A DNA stretch of 64,000 nucleotides from an uncultured Planctomycetaceae bacterium (GTDB lineage Bacteria > Planctomycetota > Planctomycetia > Isosphaerales > Isosphaeraceae): contig CAWIAD010000002.1 in assembly GCA_963833985.1 (NCBI GenBank), positions 2,528,001 through 2,592,000 on the forward strand, in the 5' to 3' direction. A program made the translations under genes and the position numbers. The stretch's first letter is position 1. Each line of letters opens with the position of its first letter. Positions 55,523 to 64,000 of this stretch are shown piece after piece. The notes under the pieces were generated by a model that searched no databases, was not told the DNA's origin, and saw only the letters and a program-made list of their open reading frames with translations.

Positions 55523-55942
55523 TCAGATCGTCCATTCGTGGGGCTGGTTCTGCTCGACCAGCTCGGCAATGGTGGTGGCGTCGAGCACGCTCCGCTCCGC
55601 GGCGCGGACGCGCTGCCAGACAACCGAAAGCACCCGCGCGGCGGGCCGGGTCTCCGGCACGGCTCCCTCCGCGGATGGATCGGGACCGTCGATCACGTCC
55701 AGGATATCGCCGAGCGTGATCCGCGCCGCGGGGCGCGACAGCCGGTACCCTCCCGACGCGCCTCGGGTGCTCACCACCAGGCCGGCGGCCTTCAATTGCA
55801 GGAGGATCTGAACAAGGTAGCGCTCGGGGATGGACTGGGCCCGGGAGATCTCGCGGATCCGCAAGGGGGGCGCGTCGCGGCTACGCTCCGCCAGCTCCAG
55901 TAACGCCAGACAGGCGTATTCCGCCTTCGCCGAGATCTTCAT
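55523..55942 (-). CDS. Rrf2-family regulator without Fe-S Cys triad (CymR-like)
   Basis: MKISAKAEYA, YLVQIL..LK, STRGASGGY. Confidence 0.9.
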   Translation of the reverse strand: MKISAKAEYACLALLELAERSRDAPPLRIREISRAQSIPERYLVQILLQLKAAGLVVSTRGASGGYRLSRPAARITLGDILDVIDGPDPSAEGAVPETRPAARVLSVVWQRVRAAERSVLDATTIAELVEQNQPHEWTI

Positions 55943-55984
55943 CAGGTACTGGCTCTTCCGCCCTCAACTCCGGCAGGCGTCCGC

Positions 55985-56713
55985 TCAGAGCTGGCTGCTG
56001 TCCAGCGAATGGAGCCCGCATTCCGTCTTCGCCTGGCCCGCCCAGCGCCCGGCCCGCTCATCCTGGCCCTCGGCCACCGGCCGGGTGCACGGCCAGCAGC
56101 CGATCGAGGGATATCCCTGGTCGTGCAACGGGTTGTAGGGAACGCGGTTGGCCACGATGTAGGCCCACACGTCGCGACGCGTCCAGCTCAGGAGCGGGTT
56201 CACCTTCATGAGCCGGAACTTGGGGTCCCAGCCCACCACTTTCGCCTGCGCCCGATCGGTCGATTGTTCGGCCCGGATCGCCGTGATCCATGCATCATAT
56301 CCGACCAGGGCGCGGCGGAGCGGAACGATCTTGCGCTCGTAGCAGCACTGCTCGGAATTCGACACGTACAGCGGACCGCCGTGGATCCGCTCGTAATCCG
56401 CGACCGAGGTCTCCGGCCGCACCATTTCCACCTCGATGCCGTAGCGGTCGACGATCTGGTCCCGCAGCGCCAGGGTCTCGGCGAACTGATAGCCGGTATC
56501 CAGGTTGAAGACCCGGACGCGGGGCTCAACCTCCGCCAGAAGGTGAATCAGGATACAGCCTTCGGGCCCAAACGCCGTTGCCATCGTCAACCGCGGGAAG
56601 TAACGGTCGACGGCCCACTGGAGGATTTCGCTGGGCGTTGCGGAAGCCAGTTGTTCGTTGGCGTCCAGCAGCTCCTCCTCGGCCGGCATCACTTGAACCT
56701 CGGATTGGACCAT
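55985..56713 (-). CDS. cysH: APS/PAPS reductase
   Basis: LDTGY, CC..RK, SIGCWPCT, ECGLH; the CC/CxxC pattern indicates the Fe-S APS-reductase type. Confidence 0.92.
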   Translation of the reverse strand: MVQSEVQVMPAEEELLDANEQLASATPSEILQWAVDRYFPRLTMATAFGPEGCILIHLLAEVEPRVRVFNLDTGYQFAETLALRDQIVDRYGIEVEMVRPETSVADYERIHGGPLYVSNSEQCCYERKIVPLRRALVGYDAWITAIRAEQSTDRAQAKVVGWDPKFRLMKVNPLLSWTRRDVWAYIVANRVPYNPLHDQGYPSIGCWPCTRPVAEGQDERAGRWAGQAKTECGLHSLDSSQL

Positions 56714-56744
56714 GTTCGCTCCTCCAGAACGGTTCAGTCGGGGG

Positions 56745-56780
56745 CAATGTTACGTTTGTTCGTAAGCAAAGTCAACATTG
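56745..56780 (-). promoter_or_regulatory. cysH promoter embedded in a 36-bp imperfect palindrome
   Basis: Minus strand TTGACT-17-TAACAT; arms CAATGTT / AACATTG. Confidence 0.7.
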
Positions 56781-56829
56781 CGCCATTGACCGCCAGGCCG
56801 TTTGGTTTTCGGGCAGGGAACACAGAGCA

Positions 56830-57990
56830 CCGAACTCGAAGGGGCAACTCGAAGCAACTCGAAGAACTGGCAACTCGAAGGCAACTCGAAGGGGCCGCCC
56901 ACAGTTCACAACTCGAAAGCAACACGAAGGCAACACGAAGGCGGCAACACGAAGGAACACGAAGGGGCCACCCACAGTACATCAAACGGCGAGCAGGGGC
57001 GCGAAGGGGCCACCCACGGAGGCGAGGAAGCACGAAGGGGCCACCCACCAAGCACGAAGGGGCCACGAAGGGGCCACCCACAGTTCAAGGCTCGAAGCAG
57101 GGAAGGCACTAAGAGGGAGTTCGGAAACTTGGGTGGTCTGGACAGATTTTCTGAATTGAGCAGAATCTTCTCAGGGGAAGGGTAGTCATCGAACAAGGGC
57201 GGAGCCCGATCATGGAGCACGAAGGGGCCACCCACAGTCCATCCAACAGTGTGGGTGGCCCGACTGCACGGGTTTGTGGGTGGCCCGACTGCACGGGTTT
57301 GTGGGTGGCCCCAAGCATGGCCCGGGTTTCAGGGGCTCTTGAACGAGCAGATTGCGGATGAAGTCGGGCTCAACCGCCAGCAGGTCGGCGTGTGGCGGAA
57401 GCGGTGGCGAGATGCCGGAGTCACGAAAGTCACGGGGGAACACGAAGGGAACACAAAGGGGCCACCCACAATTCAAGAGGCACGAAGGGGCCACCCACAG
57501 TGAAGGCGGCGTGGGGCCGTCCGTCGGAGTTCGGTGGCGGAGGTGGCGCCTGGAGGCACGAAGGAGGCACGAAGGGGCCACCCACAATTCAGAGGAGGCA
57601 CGAAGGGGCCACCCACAATTCAGAGGCACGAAGCACGAAGGGGAAGCACGAAGGGGCCGAAGCACGAAGGGGCCACCCACAATTCAAGAGGCACGAAGGG
57701 AGAGGCACGAAGGGGCCACCCACAGTGAGGGCGGCGTGGGGCCGTCCGTCGGAGTTCGGTGGCGGAGGTGGCGCCTGGCTTGTCGTCGTCGAGCCGCTCG
57801 GTGCTGAGCGCAGGTCGGGGAAAAAGGCAGGCCGCACGGTGCCTCACCGGATCAGAGGTTCACCAGACCGGCATCAGGTAGGCTCAGACGAGGATCCGAC
57901 GGAGCCATACTTCCACCAGCATGCCTGGCCGTAGATGCCCGGGTCCGTGGGTGGCCCCAATCATCGGTGGGTGGCCCCAATCATCGGGCT
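56830..57990. repeat. Family B stuttered repeat field, including a ~250-bp MITE-like element at 57706-57960
   Basis: About 10 copies of GAAGGGGCCACCCAC plus many shorter prefixes; inverted GTGGGTGGCCC(C) ends at 57251-57312 and 57947-57978. Confidence 0.85.
57322..57418 (+). pseudogene. HTH fragment of an IS630-like transposase
   Basis: GLLNEQIADEVGLNRQQVGVWRKRW. Confidence 0.55.
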
Positions 57991-58048
57991 CCAAGGATCG
58001 TTTGTCGGGCTGACGCCCGAGGTTGGCAGTCACGAAGGGGCCACACAC

Positions 58049-59528
58049 GAATGCCGCGAAGTTAATTTTAACTAATTGTGCCATTTGATCTTGCGCCATG
58101 GGTGAGGCTCCGGGCATCCTGTGGGAAGTACCAGGACCCACAGTTGCTGGAGGGAGCCCCACCCATGCCGCCTCGCATCATCCCTATTCTCGATCGACTG
58201 CGCCAAGATATCGCCGCGGGATTGTCCCGGGAGACGATCGAAGAAGCCTGCCGCCAGGCGAAACACCGCTGGCGGAATCGCGTTCTCGACCCCGCGACGA
58301 CCATTTATCTGTTCCTTCTCCAGGTCCTTCATGGCAACACGGCCTGTCGCCACGTGGTGCACTTCGGCGCTTGGACCTTCACCGACAGCGCCTACTGCAT
58401 GGCGCGAAAGCGGCTTCCGCTGGCCGTCTTCGACTGGCTCGTGGAGCGGACCGCTGCCGCCGTGCGGACTGCTTCGGATGGCGCGCGGTGGCTCGGGCAC
58501 CGAATCTGGGTCGTCGACAGCTCCAGCTTCTCCATGCCGGACCAACCAGAACTGCAACGTCACTTCGGCCAACCCAGCGGTCAACGCAAGGGCTGTGGCT
58601 TCCCGGTGGCGAAATGGCTGGCCCTCTTCGACGTCACCACCGGCATGCTTCTGCGTTCGAGGACGGCCCCTTTGCGGACCCACGAGATGTCCCAGGTTGG
58701 CCCGATCTCCGACGGCCTGGAGCCGGGAGACATCGTGCTCGGTGACCGCGGATTTTGCTCGTATGCTCATCTGGCGATATTACTGCAACGCGGTCTGCAT
58801 GCGGTTTTCCGCGTGCACCAGCAGCAGATCGTCGATTTCACGCCGGGTCGTCCGATGGCCAGGAGGAAGGGTCCGTACCCCAGGCCGCAGGGTCTGCCGA
58901 GTTCGCGGTGGGTGTTGGCGCAGGGAACCGCAGATCAGATTGTCACATGGTTTAAATCGAAATCCCATCCGAAGTGGATGTCGACGGATGAGTTCGAGGT
59001 GCTGCCCTCCGAGATCACCGTGCGCGAGCTGAGGTACCGGGTCGAGACACCCGGGTATCGGGTGCGCGAAATCACGCTGGTCACGACTCTGTTAGACGCA
59101 TCGACCTACCCGGCGACAGAGCTGGCCGAACTCTACTACAAGAGGTGGAGAGTCGAACTCAATTTTCGTCATATAAAGATTAGCATGAAGATGGATGTTC
59201 TGCGTTGCGAGACAGTCGAAGGGGTTCTCAAAGAGCTGGCGATTTTCAGCCTGGCGTATAACCTGGTAAGATCGGTCATGCTGGAGTCGGCACGCATGCG
59301 CGGCGTTGATCCGGATCGGATCGGCTTGATCGACGCGGTGCGCTGGCTGATCGGGTCCGAAGGGGGTTCTGAGCCCGCGCGGATCGTCATCAACCCATTG
59401 CGCCGTGGACGCGTCGAGCCCCGAGTCGTAAAGCGACGACCAAAACAATACATGCGGATGACTAGGCCCAGATCCGAACTCCGCAAACAGTTGCCAATGA
59501 AGCACTTCTGACTAACTTTGTGGCATTC
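58049..59528 (+). mobile_element. IS4-family IS, complete (1480 bp)
   Basis: IRs GAATGCCGCGAAGTTA / TAACTTTGTGGCATTC (14/16); 11-bp TSD GGGCCACACAC (58038-48, 59529-39). Confidence 0.92.
58165..59511 (+). CDS. IS4 transposase
   Basis: VDSS, LGDRGF, YREK motif YYKRWRVELNFRHIK, EPRVVKRRPK. Confidence 0.92.
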   Translation: MPPRIIPILDRLRQDIAAGLSRETIEEACRQAKHRWRNRVLDPATTIYLFLLQVLHGNTACRHVVHFGAWTFTDSAYCMARKRLPLAVFDWLVERTAAAVRTASDGARWLGHRIWVVDSSSFSMPDQPELQRHFGQPSGQRKGCGFPVAKWLALFDVTTGMLLRSRTAPLRTHEMSQVGPISDGLEPGDIVLGDRGFCSYAHLAILLQRGLHAVFRVHQQQIVDFTPGRPMARRKGPYPRPQGLPSSRWVLAQGTADQIVTWFKSKSHPKWMSTDEFEVLPSEITVRELRYRVETPGYRVREITLVTTLLDASTYPATELAELYYKRWRVELNFRHIKISMKMDVLRCETVEGVLKELAIFSLAYNLVRSVMLESARMRGVDPDRIGLIDAVRWLIGSEGGSEPARIVINPLRRGRVEPRVVKRRPKQYMRMTRPRSELRKQLPMKHF

Positions 59529-59798
59529 GGGCCACACACAGTTCAGGGCGGCGTGAGAGCCGTCCGGTGGCGGACGTGAGCTGGGCTCGTTGTCGTCGAG
59601 CCGCTCGGTGCTGAGCGCAGGTCGGGGAGAAGAAGGCTGGCCCCACGGTGCCCCACCGGATCAGCGGAGACCAGACCGGGATCAGACAGGGGTCAGACGA
59701 GGATTGGACGAGGATCAGCTGGGACCATACTTCCACCAGCGTGGCTGGCGGTAGATGCCTGGGTCCGTGGGTGGGCCCGATTATCCCTCGATTATCCC
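59529..59798 (+). repeat. Second copy of the family B MITE-like element; left end at 58031-58048
   Basis: Collinear with 57706-57960 (GTCGTCGAGCCGCTCGGTGCTGAGCGCAGGTCGGGGA, CCATACTTCCACCAGC, GGGTCCGTGGGTGG). Confidence 0.85.
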
Positions 59799-59910
59799 AG
59801 GTAGAAGAGCATGGACGGATCGTCGAGCCGCTCGGCCAGGCTCGGACATGAAACGATCCTCGACGAGACCCCTTGCAAGCCGGGTCTGGATATGCCAGAA
59901 TTAGCCTAGA

Positions 59911-60315
59911 ATGGGCACCGGCGAATCCGAGGAATCAAAGCCGCTCTTCTGGATGGGCTCGAGCCGGAGTGACTTGCGAGAGTTCCCGGAGGAGGTCAGG
60001 CATTCGATGGGCTTTGCCCTCTGGCAGGCCCAGCTTGGCCGCAAGCACCGGGACGCGAAGGTCTTGAAGGGCTATCGCGGGGCGGGGGTCATCGAAGTGG
60101 TCGAGGACCACGATGGGAACACGTATCGAGCCGTCTACACGGTGAAGTTCGCCGCTGCGGTCTACGTGCTGCACGCCTTCCAGAAGAAGTCGAAGAAGGG
60201 CATCAAGACGCCCGTGGCCGAGATGAAGCTCATCCGCCAGCGGTTCAAGGCAGCAGAGGAACACCATGAGGAAAGAAGAGCGGAAGCAGAAAAGCGTGGA
60301 GCCGGTCCCCATTGA
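59911..60315 (+). CDS. RelE/ParE-superfamily toxin (Gp49-like)
   Basis: KPLFWMGSS..DL.EFP, TYRAVYTVKF, YVLHAFQKKSKKGIKTP. Confidence 0.88.
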   Translation: MGTGESEESKPLFWMGSSRSDLREFPEEVRHSMGFALWQAQLGRKHRDAKVLKGYRGAGVIEVVEDHDGNTYRAVYTVKFAAAVYVLHAFQKKSKKGIKTPVAEMKLIRQRFKAAEEHHEERRAEAEKRGAGPH

Positions 60316-60613
60316 GCCGTCGAGCGGGAACGTGTTCGCCGACCTCGGGCTCGACAATCCGCAAGAGCTGCTCGCCAAGGCCGAGCTGGTGCAGCGCATC
60401 GCCGAAATCATCGCCGAGCGGAAACTCACGCAAGTTCGAGCCGCGAAGCTCCTGGGAGTCGACCAACCGAAGGTGTCGGCGCTCCTGCGGGGCAAGCTCG
60501 ATGGGTTCTCCACCGACCGTCTGTTCCGGTTCTTGAACGCCCTGGGCCGTGATGTCGAGATCGTGATCCGGCCGGCGAAACCCTCACAGGAAGCGGAAAC
60601 CCGCGTGGTCTGA
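60266..60613 (+). CDS. XRE-HTH antitoxin
   Basis: SSGNVFADLGL, LTQ..AAKLLGVDQPKVS, FSTDRL. Confidence 0.9.
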   Translation: MRKEERKQKSVEPVPIEPSSGNVFADLGLDNPQELLAKAELVQRIAEIIAERKLTQVRAAKLLGVDQPKVSALLRGKLDGFSTDRLFRFLNALGRDVEIVIRPAKPSQEAETRVV

Positions 60614-60803
60614 CCCTGGAGCCTGGCCCGAAGCAAGCCGTTTGAGGACGGGTCGCATCCCACGATCCCATCTGCCGGCATGCCTCACGACCTCCCCACA
60701 GGCAGCCCGAAGGGGCCACCCACAGTTGAGGGCGCGTGCGGCAATCCATGCCGGTGGCGACGATACAGATTCCAGAGGGTCAGGGCCTGCGGCGGGCGCG
60801 GAC

Positions 60804-61463
60804 TCACGGGGCGAGCCAGGCCGGCGTGCGCTGCTCGTGGTTGGTGATGGCAGCATCGAGCAGCAGGGTTTCGGCGATGGCATCCAGGCCGTTGATGAGG
60901 CGGTGGCGCTGGGCCTCGGGAACGTCGATGGGGTAGACGGCGTCGGCCTGGCCGGGCCGGTGCAGCGTGAGCGTCTGGGAAGGCAGATCGATGGTGGCCT
61001 CGGCGCCGCCGGGTTCCATGCCGGCCGCGGCGATCGCGCGCCATTGCGTCTCGGGAAGCTCCAGCGGGAGCAGGCCGTTGTTGTAGGCGTTGCCCTCGAA
61101 GATATCGGCGAATCCCTCGCCCTTGCCGGGTGCGATCACGGCGCGGAAGCCGGCCTGGGCGATGGCCCAGACGGCGTGCTCGCGGCTAGATCCGCAGCCG
61201 AAGTTACGGCCCGCCACAAGGATGCTCGCGTCGGCGAAGCCGTTTCGGTTCAAGGGGAAATCGGCCTCCAGGGGGCCGTGTGCATCGGGATCGTCGACGG
61301 GTGGGGAAGTTCCCGGAGCGTAGCGGCGGTCGGCGAAGAGCAGGGGGCCGTATCCGGTGCGTTCAATCCGCTTGAGATACCGGGCCGGGATGATCAGGTC
61401 GGTATTCACGTCGGTCCATTCGAGGACGGCAATCCGGCCGCGGTGCGTGACAAACGGATCCAC
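60804..61463 (-). CDS. leuD: 3-isopropylmalate dehydratase small subunit
   Basis: NTDLIIPARYL, NFGCGSSREHA, FADIF. Confidence 0.93.
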   Translation of the reverse strand: MDPFVTHRGRIAVLEWTDVNTDLIIPARYLKRIERTGYGPLLFADRRYAPGTSPPVDDPDAHGPLEADFPLNRNGFADASILVAGRNFGCGSSREHAVWAIAQAGFRAVIAPGKGEGFADIFEGNAYNNGLLPLELPETQWRAIAAAGMEPGGAEATIDLPSQTLTLHRPGQADAVYPIDVPEAQRHRLINGLDAIAETLLLDAAITNHEQRTPAWLAP

Positions 61464-61477
61464 GAGTGCTTCTCCTC

Positions 61478-62883
61478 CTACCTGGAAAGCATGGTTCGTA
61501 CGTCGGTGAACCGCCCGGTGACGGCCGCGGCCGCGGCCATGGCGGGGCTGACCAGGTGCGTGCGTCCTCCCGGCCCCTGGCGTCCCTCGAAGTTGCGGTT
61601 GCTGGTGCTGGCGGCGCGCTGGCCGGGCTGGAGCCGGTCGGGATTCATCGCCAGGCACATGCTGCATCCGGCCTCGCGCCACTCGGCACCCGAGTCCACG
61701 AAGATGCGGTCCAGCCCCTCCTGCTCGGCCTGGCGCCGGACCTGCTCGCTGCCGGGGACGACCAGCACCCGCACGCCCGCGGCGACCTTGCGGCCCTCGA
61801 ACACGCGGGCCGCCGAGCGCAGGTCCTCGATGCGTCCGTTGGTGCACGAGCCGATGAACACGACATCCACGGGGATCTCTCCGACCGGCGTGCCGGGTTT
61901 CAGGCCCATGTATTCCAGAGCCCGCAGCGCCTCGTTGCGCGCCGGTGGAGCGATCTCCGAGAGATCGGGAATGCGCCCGGTCACATCGACGGTCATCCCG
62001 GGGTTGGTGCCCCAGGTGACCTGTGGAACGAGCGCCGAGGCGTCAATCTGCACGCGCTGGTTGAAGGCCGAGAGATCGTCCGTCTTGAGGGTCTTCCAGT
62101 CCGCGATGGCGTCATCGAGGGCACGGCCCCTGGGTGCGAACGGCCGATCCGTGCGGCTGATGTAATCCAAGGTGGTGTCGTCCGGCGCGATCAGGCCCGC
62201 GCGGCGCCTGCCTCGATGGACATGTTGCAGACGGTCATCCGCCCTTCCATCGACAGTGCCTTGATGGCGGAGCCGTGATACTCGATCACGTGCCCGGTGC
62301 CGCCGCCGGTGCCGATGGTGCGGATGATTGCCAGGATGATGTCCTTTGGCTCCAGGCCTGCGGGGAGCCTGCCGGTCACCTCGATGCCGAGCGACGGCGG
62401 CCGCGGGCCCTGCCAGAGAGTCTGGGTGGCCAGCACGTGCTCGACCTCGCTGGTGCCGATGCCAAATGCGAGCGCGCCGAAGGCGCCATGGGTGCTGGTG
62501 TGGCTGTCGCCGCAGACGATGGTCATGCCGGGCAGCGTCATTCCGAGCTCGGGCCCAATCACATGGACGATTCCCTGGCGGCCGCTCTTGATGTCGTGGA
62601 GCGGAATGTCGAACTCGCGGCAGTTGTCGCGGAGCCGGTCGATCTGCCTGCGCGAGAGCGGGTCGCGAATGTCGATCTGGTTGTCCGTCGGCACGTTATG
62701 GTCAATCGTGGCGACCGTCAGTCCAGGCCGGCGTACCCGCCGGCCGGCGAGGCGCAGGCCGTCAAAGGCCTGGGGACTGGTCACCTCGTGAACCAGGTGG
62801 CGATCGATGTAAAGCAGGGTCGCCTCGGCCGACGACCACACCACGTGGCGATTCCACACCTTCTCGAAGAGCGTCTCTGGCAT
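61478..62883 (-). CDS. leuC: 3-isopropylmalate dehydratase large subunit (apparent frameshift ~62200)
   Basis: [39 protein letters not shown]. Confidence 0.93.
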
Positions 62884-62896
62884 GCCGGAGGGACCT

Positions 62897-63874
62897 CTAA
62901 CTTTCTGCGGGGTGTGCCGGTGAAAGCGGCGCTGCGGGCAGCGCGGCCATCTCGTCGGCATGGTAGCTGGAGCGGACGAAGGGGCCGCTGGCCACCCGGG
63001 AGAACCCCAGGCCGCGGGCGATCCCCGCCAGGATGTCAAACTCGGCGGGTGGAAGATCGCGCTCGACCGGGAGATGACGCGGCGAGGGCTGAAGATACTG
63101 TCCCAGCGTCAGGAAGTCGCAGCCGGCGGCCCGCAGGTCGGCCAGGGTCTCCACGATCTCCTCGGTGGTCTCGCCGAGTCCGAGCATCAGGCCGCTCTTG
63201 GTCCAGGTGGCCGGGCTGACGTCCTTGACGTGCCGAAGTACCTGAAGGCTGACATTGTACTGGCTCTTGCGGCGCACCTGCTGCTGCAAGCGGGCGACCG
63301 TCTCGAGGTTGTGATTGAAGACCTCGGGGCGGGCGTCCAGCACGCGCTCGATGCAGTCGGCCCGGCCGTCGAAATCGGGCGTGAGCACTTCCACCGTGGC
63401 GCCGGTGCGGCGCCTCACGGCCAGCACGCAGTTGCGGAAATGCGCGGCGCCGCCGTCCTCCAGGTCGTCGCGGGTGACGGAGGTGATGACCACGTGCCGC
63501 AGCCCGAGCCGGAGCGCCGCTTCGGCCAGCCGGTCCGGCTCGTCGGCCGCGACCGCTTCCGGCCTTCCCCGCTTCACCGCGCAGAAACCACAGGGCCGGG
63601 TGCAGGTCTCGCCGAGGATCATGAACGTGGCGGTTCGCCGCGTCCAGCACTCGGAGCGATTCGGGCACCGCGCGCTCTCGCAGATGGTCTCGAGCCCCAG
63701 CTCCGCGACCAGGCTTTTTGTGAAATAAGTGCCGCCGGAGCTGGGAATGGGCCGTTTCAGCCATGCCGGCAGCCGGCGGGTGAGCGGTGCCGGCTCGCCA
63801 TCGGCGAGCACTGCTTCGGCGGCGGGGAGCAAGGGCCACGGGCCGGAATCATCCAGGACTGGGAGCGTAGGCAT
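62897..63874 (-). CDS. lipA: Lipoyl synthase
   Basis: CX4CX5C ([12 protein letters not shown]), [12 protein letters not shown]. Confidence 0.95.
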   Translation of the reverse strand: MPTLPVLDDSGPWPLLPAAEAVLADGEPAPLTRRLPAWLKRPIPSSGGTYFTKSLVAELGLETICESARCPNRSECWTRRTATFMILGETCTRPCGFCAVKRGRPEAVAADEPDRLAEAALRLGLRHVVITSVTRDDLEDGGAAHFRNCVLAVRRRTGATVEVLTPDFDGRADCIERVLDARPEVFNHNLETVARLQQQVRRKSQYNVSLQVLRHVKDVSPATWTKSGLMLGLGETTEEIVETLADLRAAGCDFLTLGQYLQPSPRHLPVERDLPPAEFDILAGIARGLGFSRVASGPFVRSSYHADEMAALPAAPLSPAHPAES

Positions 63875-64000
63875 GCGACAGGACCTTGCGGCGAATCAGG
63901 GGATGCCCGGTATAAACGTGGTGCCGCTCGAGCCCGAAAGCACGTTCCAGGTGGCGGATCAGCGCCTCGCGCACCTTGGGCATGGGCGTCAACCTCTGGC
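63849..64000 (-). CDS. 3' end of an upstream gene, possibly lipoate-protein ligase LipB
   Basis: Open frame ..PMPKVREALIRHL..HHVYTGHP.. overlapping the lipA start; identity rests on position only. Confidence 0.45.
   Translation of the reverse strand, partial: QRLTPMPKVREALIRHLERAFGLERHHVYTGHPLIRRKVLSHAYAPSPG

Noticed and set aside
56830..57780. CRISPR array or repetitive protein ORFs (HEGATH.., TKGPPT..)
   Set aside because: Spacing is irregular and orientations mixed; the ORFs are translations of the DNA motif in several frames
39166..62883. Pseudogene calls for prmC, leuC and others
   Set aside because: Single indels with fully conserved motifs fit sequencing error better than decay

Overview
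GC-rich bacterial window whose gene content resembles Planctomycetota, probably Isosphaeraceae (judged from protein recognition, no search run). 1-8 kb: 3' end of an NRPS cluster (terminal C domain | A[Thr]-T-C-A[basic residue?]-T-TE) translationally coupled to a sulfotransferase, with a convergent C45/Ntn hydrolase. 9.6-23.5 kb: accessory region with small genes, complete ISAzo13 and IS1634 elements, an RHH-Uma2-small-protein operon, a RAYT-like HUH transposase and a 4x89-bp GTAG-REP array. 23.7-56.8 kb: mostly core genes (ltaE, HEAT lipoprotein-MlaE-MlaD, flgM-like, GspE/PilB, DsbD, kinase, prmC-prfA-rpmE, redoxins, Fur, cysH-rrf2-sat/cysC) plus one IS66. 56.8-60.75 kb: repeat island with an IS4 and a toxin-antitoxin pair. 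60.8-64 kb: leuD-leuC-lipA-(lipB). Main observations: 'stuttered' nested copies of element termini at several loci, one directly upstream of the HUH transposase; three ISs of different families each inserted inside a small repeat element; and a probably sulfated NRPS product. About 15 frameshifts, some in housekeeping genes, look like long-read indel errors. I saw no rRNA, tRNA or CRISPR array.
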